In this document: positions 36,154 through 44,032 of the stretch, piece by piece
Layout of the letters: each line of letters begins with the position of its first letter
Position numbering within the stretch: position 1 is the stretch's first letter
NCBI GenBank assembly: GCA_049997795.1
Contig: JBEKVT010000001.1
Span: 101,067 to 165,066, forward strand
Source: Minisyncoccia bacterium
GTDB taxonomy: Bacteria; Patescibacteriota; Minisyncoccia; Phycocordibacterales; PALSA-1337
Reading direction: 5' to 3'
DNA: 64,000 nt
The notes under the pieces: generated by a model
What the model was told of the DNA's origin: nothing
Database searches by the model: none
The model's input: the letters and a program-made list of their open reading frames with translations, nothing else
Made by a program: the position numbers and the translations under genes

Positions 36154-36504
36154 TTATTTCTTCGTGTCGGCGGCTAGGGCGGCGGCTTTGGCGGCCTGAG
36201 CAGAAGCGATCTCGGCCTCCTTGGCCTTGATCTCGAGCTCTTTCTGCATCTTGCCGCCGTGGCGGACGAACTTCTTAGTGGGCGAAAATTCACCGAGGCG
36301 GTGTCCTACCATGTCCTCGGTGACGAATACTTCTATATGCTGTTTGCCGTTGTGGACGCCGAAAGTGAAGCCGATCATCTCCGGCGAGATCTGGGAGCGG
36401 CGGGCCCAAGTATTCACCACGCCCAAAGAGGCCGGCTTCTTGCCGGAGATCTTTTTGATGATCGATTCATCGACGTAAGGGCCTTTTTTTAGCGAGCGGG
36501 ACAT
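36154..36504 (-). CDS. rpsS: 30S ribosomal protein S19 with an Ala/Lys-rich C-terminal extension
   Basis: [18 protein letters not shown]... matches S19. Confidence 0.85.
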   Translation of the reverse strand: MSRSLKKGPYVDESIIKKISGKKPASLGVVNTWARRSQISPEMIGFTFGVHNGKQHIEVFVTEDMVGHRLGEFSPTKKFVRHGGKMQKELEIKAKEAEIASAQAAKAAALAADTKK

Positions 36505-36585
36505 TGAGGCTTGTAGAAAGAAAATCAGCTCCGAGGAGCTTCCCCGCATAGTAGCAGAGCCGTATTTTTAAGTCAATATGATATA

Positions 36586-37386
36586 ATGAGCGGCATCATT
36601 ATGAACGTCTATCTCGTGGCCGCCGTGGTCGTCATCGCCTTGACCGGGGCCGCCATGGCGGCCATTCTGGCCGTCTTGTGGCGCAAGCTCCGTGAGGACG
36701 AGAGCATGAAGCGCGAGTTCGCCTCCATCATCGCCCACAAGTTCCGCACTCCCCTGACCCACATCAAATGGTCGGCCGACAACCTGATCATGAGCGAGAC
36801 GGATCCGTACAGCAAGCGCAGTCTCGCCGACATCAAGGAATCCAACGAGAAGCTCATCAAGCTGACCGGCACGCTCCTCGAGCTTACCGATTCGGACGAC
36901 GCCGCGGTCTCGTCGTACAAATTCGAGCGCCTCGACATCTGTTCCCTGGCCCGGACCGCCGTCGAGGCTTCGAGGAAGGCTCTCCACGAGAAGAACCTGT
37001 TCCTGTCGATCAATTGCGCGGAACCGGAGATATTCGTCAGAGCGGACCGTTCGCGGATGGAGTTCGTCCTAGCCGCTCTCCTCGACAATGCCTGCCTCTA
37101 CAGCCCGCCCGGACGCGACGTCTCTGTGGCCGTGTCGGCAGAAGGCAGCGATGCCGCCATATCGGTCACCGACAACGGCATCGGCATGGCTCCGGCCGAC
37201 ATTTCAAGGGTCTTCACCAAGTTCTTCCGGTCCAAAGAGGCTAAGGCGGCCGACAGCGAGGGGTTCGGCGTCAGCTTGTATCTGGCTCAGAGCGTCGCGA
37301 GGCGCCACGGCGGTAAGATCCGGGCCGAGTCCGAAGGATCGGGCAAGGGCTCGACCTTCAGCGTCGTCCTGCCGAGAGTGAATTGA
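36586..37386 (+). CDS. Sensor histidine kinase (HisKA + HATPase_c), no adjacent response regulator
   Basis: H-box SIIAHKFRTPL, G1 DNGIGM, G2 GFGVSLYLA, and an N-terminal TM helix. Confidence 0.75.
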   Translation: MSGIIMNVYLVAAVVVIALTGAAMAAILAVLWRKLREDESMKREFASIIAHKFRTPLTHIKWSADNLIMSETDPYSKRSLADIKESNEKLIKLTGTLLELTDSDDAAVSSYKFERLDICSLARTAVEASRKALHEKNLFLSINCAEPEIFVRADRSRMEFVLAALLDNACLYSPPGRDVSVAVSAEGSDAAISVTDNGIGMAPADISRVFTKFFRSKEAKAADSEGFGVSLYLAQSVARRHGGKIRAESEGSGKGSTFSVVLPRVN

Positions 37387-37417
37387 TCAGGTATATTTTT
37401 CCGGTCTCCTCCAGTAA

Positions 37418-37852
37418 TCACTTCCTGCCGCGCCGGCGCTTGTAGAAATTCTTCGATTCGCGGGTGATAGCCAGGATGCCGATCACGCCGATATAAGAGG
37501 CGCTGACTTCGGCCGGCAGATGGTATGACGGATTGTAGAAGGTGTCCCCGACGATGAGGGCAAGCACCAGGATCGTCCAGAGGATGGCATAGAGCTCGCC
37601 GGGATGCATGGAGCTGTGCATGTGGTGCCAGCGTCGGAATTCCTTCTCGGCGCTGTATATGGCGAGAAGAGCCGTGTAGATAGCGGCGATGGCCAGGAGA
37701 ACCTCGGCTTTCGAAAGGATATTGTCTTGGTAGAAATCGTAGGCGATGGCCGCGAAGAAGATCGCCGTCCAGAAATTGACCATGTGGCGCCAGAGCTTGA
37801 ACGAACCGGCCTTTTGAAGATCGAAGTGTTTCATGTTTGAGACCTGTATCAC
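37418..37852 (-). CDS. Hypothetical membrane protein
   Basis: 144 aa with four TM helices, directly upstream of the ABC permease gene. Confidence 0.4.
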   Translation of the reverse strand: MIQVSNMKHFDLQKAGSFKLWRHMVNFWTAIFFAAIAYDFYQDNILSKAEVLLAIAAIYTALLAIYSAEKEFRRWHHMHSSMHPGELYAILWTILVLALIVGDTFYNPSYHLPAEVSASYIGVIGILAITRESKNFYKRRRGRK

Positions 37853-39090
37853 TCGAACCGCAGGGCCTCGATGGGGCTCTTCTTGGAAGCTTGGCTAGCC
37901 GGGTAGCCGCCGAAGACCAAGCCGATCACGGTGGAAACCGAGAGCCCGAGGATGACGCCGCTCCACGGGAAGACGAACTGCCAATTGAGAGCCAAGAAGT
38001 GCGACAAGGCAAAAGCGGTCAGGAAGGCCAGACCGGCGCCCAAGACGATGCCTATCACTCCGCCGATCACCGTGAGAAGAACGGCTTCCAGGAGGAATTG
38101 CGTGAGGATGTCGCGGTCTTTCGCCCCGAGAGCCTTCCTCAAGCCGATCTCTCTGGTGCGCTCGGTCACGGAGACCAGCATGATGTTCATGATGCCGACG
38201 CCGCCCACGAATAGGGCGATCGAGGCCACGGCCACAAGGAACCAGGTCAGGGCCGAGGTGATGGTGCCCAGGGTGTTGGCCAGGGTCTGCTGGGTCTCTA
38301 TGGTGAAATCGTCCTTCGTCGGATCGGTGATGTTATGCGATTCCTCCAGGGTCAGCTTGATGTAGCTTGCGGTCACCGGAACGGCCGCGTCGGAGACGGC
38401 TTGGGTGACGATGCGGTTGTAATACTTCTGGCCGGTCACGTACGTCATGGCCGTCGTATAAGGCATGATGACCATGGAGTCGAAATTGAAGAGCGAGCCG
38501 CCGCCTGACTTAGGCAACACCGCCACTATGCGGAAATTGCGGCCTTTTATCTTTATGTTCTGATTCAACGGATCCTGATTGTCGAAAAGGTATTTGGCGA
38601 CGTCGCCGCCTATCACAACCACGCTCAAATACGAGTCCACGTCGCTCTGGTCGAAGAACAGCCCTTCCGAAGGCACAAGGTTGAAAATGTCGGCGATCAA
38701 GTTGGTGCCGCCGAAGATAGTGACCTGATAGGTGTTCGGTCCGTATGAAGCCACATCGGCGCCGATCACGACCGGCATGAGCGACTCTAGGCCGGGCACG
38801 TTCGCTTTGTTCTCGAGGGCCGTCACGTCCTTCGGTTTCAATGAATCGCTGAACAGGGCGGAGGCGTTCGACGACGGATTAGTCGATACTTGGCCGGGGA
38901 TAATGGCGATGGTATTCGTGCCGAGGCCCTGGACCTCGCCCAAGATCAGGTTCTGGGCTCCGGCCCCCAAGGACACCACCAGCATGATGGCGGTTATGCC
39001 GATCACGATGCCGAGGATGGTCAAGGACGACCGCGAACGGTTGGTGGTGAGTCCGGTCAGCGAGGTCTTGAAGGTGTGGCGCCAGGTCAT
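37849..39090 (-). CDS. ABC transporter permease, FtsX/MacB family
   Basis: MTWRHTFKTSL... shows the MacB/FtsX topology: an N-terminal TM helix, a large periplasmic domain and three C-terminal TM helices. The N-terminal 123 aa of the track ORF overlap the ATPase gene and were trimmed. Confidence 0.75.
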   Translation of the reverse strand: MTWRHTFKTSLTGLTTNRSRSSLTILGIVIGITAIMLVVSLGAGAQNLILGEVQGLGTNTIAIIPGQVSTNPSSNASALFSDSLKPKDVTALENKANVPGLESLMPVVIGADVASYGPNTYQVTIFGGTNLIADIFNLVPSEGLFFDQSDVDSYLSVVVIGGDVAKYLFDNQDPLNQNIKIKGRNFRIVAVLPKSGGGSLFNFDSMVIMPYTTAMTYVTGQKYYNRIVTQAVSDAAVPVTASYIKLTLEESHNITDPTKDDFTIETQQTLANTLGTITSALTWFLVAVASIALFVGGVGIMNIMLVSVTERTREIGLRKALGAKDRDILTQFLLEAVLLTVIGGVIGIVLGAGLAFLTAFALSHFLALNWQFVFPWSGVILGLSVSTVIGLVFGGYPASQASKKSPIEALRFE

Positions 39091-39095
39091 ATGGA

Positions 39096-39821
39096 TTATT
39101 TTATGAATTCGTCCTCCGACGTCAGGCGGTCTTTGACCTTGACGTCGCTCTCGATCTCCCCGTCCATGAGCTTCATGATGCGTTCGGCATGGTCGGCCGT
39201 GGTAGCCTCGTGGGTGATGAGGACGATGGTCTTGCCGTGCTCCTCGTTCAGGTGCTGGATGATCGACATGACGTTCTTGCCGGCCTTGGAGTCGAGATTG
39301 CCCGTCGGCTCGTCGGCGAAGATGATCTCCGGATCGTTGACCAGGGCCCTGGCTATGGCCACGCGCTGTTTCTCTCCGCCGGAGAGCTCCGCCTGCTTGT
39401 GATGCATGCGCTGGCCGAGGCCGACGTCTTCGACCGCCTTCCTGGCGCGCTTCTCCCACTCATGCTCCGGCACGCTCGAGTAATAGAGGGGCAGTTTGAC
39501 GTTTTCCAGGACGGTGGTGCGCGGCAGGAGGTTGAAGGCCTGGAAGACGAAGCCGAGCTTCTCGTTCCGGATCTTGGCCAATTCGTTGCCAGAGTAAGAT
39601 GATACGTCTTTGCCGTCGAAGTGATAGACGCCGGAAGTCGGCTCGTCGAGGAGACCCAGAAGGTGGAGTAGGGTCGATTTGCCTGATCCTGACGGACCCA
39701 TGATAGCCAGGAACTCCCCTTTCCTGACGTTGAAAGTCACGCCGTTCAGGGCCACCGTGGCGGTGGCTCCGCCGTCGTGATAGACCTTCTTCAAGTCCTT
39801 GACTTCGATGATGTTAGCCAT
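39096..39821 (-). CDS. ABC transporter ATP-binding protein (MacB/LolD-like)
   Basis: Walker A GPSGSGKST, signature LSGGEKQR and Walker B IIFADEPT. Confidence 0.85.
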   Translation of the reverse strand: MANIIEVKDLKKVYHDGGATATVALNGVTFNVRKGEFLAIMGPSGSGKSTLLHLLGLLDEPTSGVYHFDGKDVSSYSGNELAKIRNEKLGFVFQAFNLLPRTTVLENVKLPLYYSSVPEHEWEKRARKAVEDVGLGQRMHHKQAELSGGEKQRVAIARALVNDPEIIFADEPTGNLDSKAGKNVMSIIQHLNEEHGKTIVLITHEATTADHAERIMKLMDGEIESDVKVKDRLTSEDEFIK

Positions 39822-41296
39822 TACTTCACGTACGTCACTACCTTGTCGCCGACAGAGAGGCCGGAAACGATCTCGATAGTGCCGTAAGAGCCCTTGAGGC
39901 CTGTCACGACGGGCACGGGAGCGTAAGTCTTGCCGTCGGGACTGACAAGGCGCACGGTCTTCGAGCCACTGGTGTCGGTGACGGCCCGATAAGGGATCTC
40001 TAAGACGCCGTCGCGCTCGTGGGTCAGGATCTCGAGATTGGCCGTCATGCCGGAACGGATGCGGCTATCCGGATTCACGAATACCAGAGTGACTTTGTAG
40101 GTCGGTACGCCTTCGAGGACGGTCTCGGCCGGATCGATCATGATGACCTTGGCCGGAAAATCCGTGTCTGAGCCGTAAGCGTCGAGAGTGCTCGACGCCA
40201 GATCGCCGACGGAGACTTTGGCGATATCGGCTTCAGGCACGTAAGCCTCTACCTTGAAATCATTGTTCTGCACCGCGAAGCCGGACTGGCCTGGCGCCGC
40301 GTATTCGCCGACATCCGGGTCGGCCCTGGTGACGACGCCGTCGATCGGCGAGACGAGGGTGTCTTGGTCGAGAAGGGCTTGGGCTTGGGCGACTTTAGCG
40401 GCCAGGGCGGCGATCGATTGGGAGGAATTGCCGGCGAGCTTCAGGTCATAATTGGATTGAGCGGTGGAAAGGCCGGTTTGCGCCGCCGTCACGGAGTCGG
40501 TGGCGGTATTCAGAACGGAAAGCCCGGAATTCATGGTCGCTACGACGGCATTGATCTGGACTTGAGTCATGCTCGAGTTCCCGGGATTCAGCGCATTAAC
40601 GACGACCGAAAGGTCGGTCATGAAGCTCTTCACGGTCGAGAGATACCCGCTTGAGCGCGAGATGAGGCTTGCCGGGTCGAGGGCAGCGCTCAAGAGGTCG
40701 GCTGACCATTGGTTGAGGATCCCTGTGATGTTCAGGCGCTCTTGGTTCAAGGCGGTCTGGATGGGAACGGTGTCGGTGCGGATATAGAGGGTCGGGTTGG
40801 AACTCTGGGGGTTGGAGAAGAAGGCATCGGTGTAATTGAACAGGGCGTTCTGGGCCTTGACGAGGCCGTCATGAGCGGCGTTCAGGGCGTCTTTCTTGGC
40901 GTTGTCGAGCGAGGTCTTCTGGACGGCCAGCTCTTCGGGCGTCAGGCCGCGCGACAGGTCGGCCAAACTAGCTTCGGCGCTTGAGAGGGCCGCCCGATCG
41001 TTGCCGCTGTCGAGCGAAGCTATAAGGTCTCCCCTCTTCACGGCATCGCCAACCTTGACATAGATCCTGGAGATGACTCCGCCCTTCTCGAAAGCCAAGT
41101 CGGCCTTGGCGATCGGCGAGATCGTGCCGGTTACGCTCACCGTTTCTATGACGTTGCCTATTTGGGCCGCGGCCGTCTCGAATATCGGGACAGAACTACC
41201 GCTTCGCGCCCAGACGATGAGGATGACTATGATGATGACGGCGAGCCCGGCGATGACCCACTTATTTTTTAAATACTGCCAATAAGATTTTTTCAT
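39821..41296 (-). CDS. Efflux periplasmic adaptor subunit (HlyD/MacA family)
   Basis: An N-terminal TM helix, a long coiled coil, and beta-barrel/MP domains (SPIDGVVTRADPDVGEY...). Confidence 0.7.
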   Translation of the reverse strand: MKKSYWQYLKNKWVIAGLAVIIIVILIVWARSGSSVPIFETAAAQIGNVIETVSVTGTISPIAKADLAFEKGGVISRIYVKVGDAVKRGDLIASLDSGNDRAALSSAEASLADLSRGLTPEELAVQKTSLDNAKKDALNAAHDGLVKAQNALFNYTDAFFSNPQSSNPTLYIRTDTVPIQTALNQERLNITGILNQWSADLLSAALDPASLISRSSGYLSTVKSFMTDLSVVVNALNPGNSSMTQVQINAVVATMNSGLSVLNTATDSVTAAQTGLSTAQSNYDLKLAGNSSQSIAALAAKVAQAQALLDQDTLVSPIDGVVTRADPDVGEYAAPGQSGFAVQNNDFKVEAYVPEADIAKVSVGDLASSTLDAYGSDTDFPAKVIMIDPAETVLEGVPTYKVTLVFVNPDSRIRSGMTANLEILTHERDGVLEIPYRAVTDTSGSKTVRLVSPDGKTYAPVPVVTGLKGSYGTIEIVSGLSVGDKVVTYVK

Positions 41297-42360
41297 GCGG
41301 TATATTGTAGCATATCGTCCTTGCGCTGTTTAATGAGACTCTCCAGCTTCTTGGCGTTGCCGTGGCTGATCAGGCCGAGGTATGACTGCACAGTCTCCGC
41401 CTTTCCTTGTTTTTGCCGGATGCCTCGGAACATGCGCTTTTTCGTCGCCGTCCGTAGCACTCGATGATCCGGGAAAGTGACCCAACCGAGATAATCGACG
41501 CCAGACGCAATAGTTTTAATTGAGATTTTTCTCGGGTGAAGTTGAAGTTTCAACTTGCTCGATAAAAACTCTTTGATCGGGGGTAAAAGCCCGATGAGCC
41601 ATTCCTTATCGCGGGAAATGATAATGAAATCGTCGGCATAGCGGATATAGTATTTCGCCTTTAATTTGTGCTTCACGAACTGGTCGAACTCGTTCATATA
41701 GACATTCACGAGAAGCTGTGAGGTCAGGTTGCCGAGAGGCAGGCCGATGCCCTTTTTTACTGATGAAAAGCTTTTGATGACCTTTGATAGAAGGCCAACC
41801 GTATTTTTGTCAGGAATACGTTCGTCGAGGATGCCTATTAAAACCTCCTGGTCTATCGACGCGAAGAACTTCCTGATATCGCATTTCAGGACCCAGACGG
41901 TCTTCGTATGATTCTGCGAGGCCTTGTAGGCGAATGACCGGAATCTGTCCATGGCCTTGTGCGTTCCCTTGCCCAGACGGCATGAGAATGAATCAGATAT
42001 GAACCTCCTGTCGAAGAACGGATAAAGTTTCCTGTGCAGTGCATGATGCAACAGCCTGTCTCTCACCTCGGCCTTGTGGATATCGCGGCGCTTGGGATCA
42101 TAGATCCGGAAAAATTCATAAGGCGAGTGCTCGTAAGTTTTGGACGCCAGATCGTTGTGGAGCGAGATGATATTGCCCATCAAATCCCGCTCGAATTCTT
42201 GGACATCCTTGCGTTTTCGTTTCCCTTTTACAAATTCCTTCCAGGCCTCAAGAAGATTTTCGAGAGAAATGATATCATCATAGGCATGAACAAATTGGAT
42301 CCGTCGCAGACCCGTAAAGCCCCCCCCCCACGCAATTTTGCCGGTTTTGAATAAGATCAA
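41293..42360 (-). CDS. Diversity-generating retroelement reverse transcriptase (Brt-like)
   Basis: DGR-specific motif GLPLGNLTSQLLVNVYM (a SQ motif instead of the group II QG) and YADDFIII. The N-terminus ENLLEAWKEFVKGKRKRK and other blocks align with Bordetella phage Brt. An adjacent TR/VR pair is present. Confidence 0.85.
   Translation of the reverse strand: MILFKTGKIAWGGGFTGLRRIQFVHAYDDIISLENLLEAWKEFVKGKRKRKDVQEFERDLMGNIISLHNDLASKTYEHSPYEFFRIYDPKRRDIHKAEVRDRLLHHALHRKLYPFFDRRFISDSFSCRLGKGTHKAMDRFRSFAYKASQNHTKTVWVLKCDIRKFFASIDQEVLIGILDERIPDKNTVGLLSKVIKSFSSVKKGIGLPLGNLTSQLLVNVYMNEFDQFVKHKLKAKYYIRYADDFIIISRDKEWLIGLLPPIKEFLSSKLKLQLHPRKISIKTIASGVDYLGWVTFPDHRVLRTATKKRMFRGIRQKQGKAETVQSYLGLISHGNAKKLESLIKQRKDDMLQYTA
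42320..42329. repeat. Homopolymeric C10 (G10 on the minus strand) tract
   Basis: Read directly from the sequence. It lies in the 5' coding region of the RT (codons W-G-G-G) and just upstream of the avd start. Confidence 0.8.
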
Positions 42361-42688
42361 AGATGCTTATCTGCTTTGGCATGGTTATCACCAGGAATTA
42401 CCGAAAATCCACAGGTATTCGCTAGGATCTCGCATTGACTCGTTATTTATAGAGATCATCGAGGCCGTCGCGGCGGCAAGCTTCTTGTCTCGCGAAGAAA
42501 AACACCCTTACGTGCGCCTGGCGATCAGAAAATCGGATGCGCTCAAGATACTTCTGATGGTCCTCTGGGAAACGAAATCGCTCGACGACAAGAAGTATAT
42601 CGCATTGTCGGTGAAATTGGACGAGGTTGGCAGAAACCTCGGCGGCTGGAGCGGCCAGCTCATGAAACAAAACTCCCCCAACAAATAG
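42338..42688 (+). CDS. avd: Avd-like accessory variability determinant (four-helix-bundle family), encoded divergently from the RT
   Basis: LPKIHRYSLGSRIDSLFIEIIEA and the C-terminal VGRNLGGWSGQLMKQ resemble Avd/four-helix-bundle proteins (compare bAvd ...VGRILGSWIARVNRK). The start is TTG at 42338 or 42347. Confidence 0.65.
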   Translation: MPVLNKIKDAYLLWHGYHQELPKIHRYSLGSRIDSLFIEIIEAVAAASFLSREEKHPYVRLAIRKSDALKILLMVLWETKSLDDKKYIALSVKLDEVGRNLGGWSGQLMKQNSPNK

Positions 42689-42712
42689 TAGGGGGAGAAA
42701 TGAAGAGAGTTA

Positions 42713-42834
42713 CGGACACCGCCGCCGGATTGTCACTGTTCCAGTCGTTGTCGAGCCTGTTGTAGTTCCAGTTCCACCTGTCGTCGTCCCAGTAGAGGTA
42801 ACGGACGTTGAGGTCGCCGTCAGCGTTGCGGTAT
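42713..42834 (-). repeat. DGR template repeat (TR), 122 nt core
   Basis: Hand alignment to the VR gives 122 nt without indels and 24 mismatches, 23 of them at TR adenines on the minus (sense) strand. The TR carries AAC/TAC/GAC codons where the VR has CTC/TTC/GGC and so on. The track ORF 42660..42860 is this repeat, not a gene. Confidence 0.8.
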
Positions 42835-43081
42835 CGTACGAAGTGCCCTCCGTGCCACAACCCCTCGAATGCTCTCGGGGTTGAATCGTATTCGGCATAT
42901 TTAATGCCCTAGCACCTCGTACCAAGTATTTTCATTTTTTAATGAAGTTCTGCATACACCACCCTACCCAAAACCTTGGTCGTGGATATTCTCGATGTAC
43001 GGATACTAGTTTCGGTAGCAAGCAACCTTGGTCGCTCACGTATTCACCTACTCCCGCCCCATCTTACCATACAGAAATCAG

Positions 43082-43109
43082 CCCTGTGCGTTGTCGCACA
43101 GGGCTGAGG
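43082..43109 (-). other. GC-rich hairpin ~55 nt downstream of the VR (cagccctgtgcg-ttgt-cgcacagggctg)
   Basis: Perfect 12-bp stem. Its position is analogous to the hairpin/cruciform 3' of the VR in the Bordetella phage DGR. Confidence 0.5.
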
Positions 43110-43155
43110 TTAAAGGTCATAGGTTCCGAAGAACAAATTGACCGAGGTTCAAGAA

Positions 43156-43779
43156 CTAACTTGCGGACACCGCCGCCGGATGGCCACTGAGCCAGAAGGA
43201 GTCGAGCCAGAAGAAGAGCCAGAGCCACCTGTCGTCGTCCCAGAAGAGGAAACGGACGAAGAGGCCGCCGCCAGCGCGGCGGTATATCGTGCCCCAGAAG
43301 AAGATGTAGCGGGTGTTGCCCTCTTCATCCTTTTTCCACTCCTCAGGGATGAGGTGCGGATTCTTCAGAAGGTAGTCGAGCACGTTGGCGTCCAGGACAG
43401 GCATCTTAGCGAGCTCCTTGCGGAGGTCGTTACCAACGATGGAACTGCCCTTCCTCTGCTTCTTCGACAAGTAGAACTCGATCTTCTTGCCGTCGACGTA
43501 GAGGTCGGGACCTTTCCGTTCGAGCTTGACGATACCGCCCTTGTGGTGCTCCTCGACCGTCCAGTTGTAGCCGGAGGGGATGACCGCATCGACACCGCAG
43601 TCGATGGCGTGTTCAACGGGCTTGATTTCGGCAAGACCTCGTTGGACATCCCTCACGCGGCCGAGGAAATCCCCGACTGTGAGAGCTTTTACTTCTTCCA
43701 GCGACTGGAAGCCGTTGCGGTTGAGTGCATGCTCGATTTCTTGAGCCAAACCAACACCGAGGATTAACTTGTCATTCAT
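43156..43779 (-). CDS. DGR variable (target) protein: N-terminal helix-hairpin-helix domain (ComEA-like), C-terminal variable region; no signal peptide
   Basis: 207 aa. LILGVGLAQEIEHALNRNGFQSLEEVKALTVGDFLGRV resembles an HhH motif. The VR occupies the last ~45 codons (...YRRAGGGLFVRFLFWDDDRWLWLFFWLDSFWLSGHPAAVSAS*). Confidence 0.75.
   Translation of the reverse strand: MNDKLILGVGLAQEIEHALNRNGFQSLEEVKALTVGDFLGRVRDVQRGLAEIKPVEHAIDCGVDAVIPSGYNWTVEEHHKGGIVKLERKGPDLYVDGKKIEFYLSKKQRKGSSIVGNDLRKELAKMPVLDANVLDYLLKNPHLIPEEWKKDEEGNTRYIFFWGTIYRRAGGGLFVRFLFWDDDRWLWLFFWLDSFWLSGHPAAVSAS
43164..43285 (-). repeat. DGR variable repeat (VR) at the 3' end of the target gene
   Basis: Cognate of the TR. The 17-nt 3' end is identical and GC-rich (IMH-like ccggcggcggtgtccg), after which the flanks diverge. 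Confidence 0.8.
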
Positions 43780-43943
43780 GACGTGTTTTTCTCCATAATG
43801 GACATGTTCGTTTAGAACTAGTCTGGTACTGTTGGGCTCCTCGTGTTGAGGTTTGCCACAGCGCTCAAGGACCTGAAGGGATTCAAGTCCCTAAACGCTG
43901 CGGCAAATGCAAGTTAGTCTTTCAAAGACCTTATTACCTTGCT

Positions 43944-43973
43944 ATTATACACCAAATGTGACTTGTATGTCAA
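43944..43973 (-). promoter_or_regulatory. Consensus sigma70 promoter TTGACA-18-TATAAT directed toward the DGR target gene
   Basis: Read on the minus strand. It is followed by a long imperfect hairpin (43853-43906) in the ~155-nt leader, then GGAG and ATG at 43779. Confidence 0.5.
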
Positions 43974-44032
43974 GATGTCCAAATCTGCCTTGAAACAAGG
44001 CCATTTCCTTCCACATAGAGAGGGTATGACGA

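Noticed and set aside
37849-39459. 536-aa ORF for the ABC permease
   Set aside because: The first 123 aa overlap the ABC ATPase gene out of frame and look non-proteinaceous. The start was trimmed to ATG 39090 (MTWRHTFK), 6 nt after the ATPase stop.
42320-42329. Treating the C10/G10 run as proven phase variation
   Set aside because: A 10-nt homopolymer can equally be a sequencing or assembly artefact. It is reported only as a hypothesis that needs read-level evidence.
42660-42860. 66-aa minus-strand ORF 'MWHGGHFVRYRNADGDLNVRYLYWDDDRWNWNYN...'
   Set aside because: This is the DGR template repeat read in the target frame (full of AAC codons). It is a template RNA, not a protein-coding gene.
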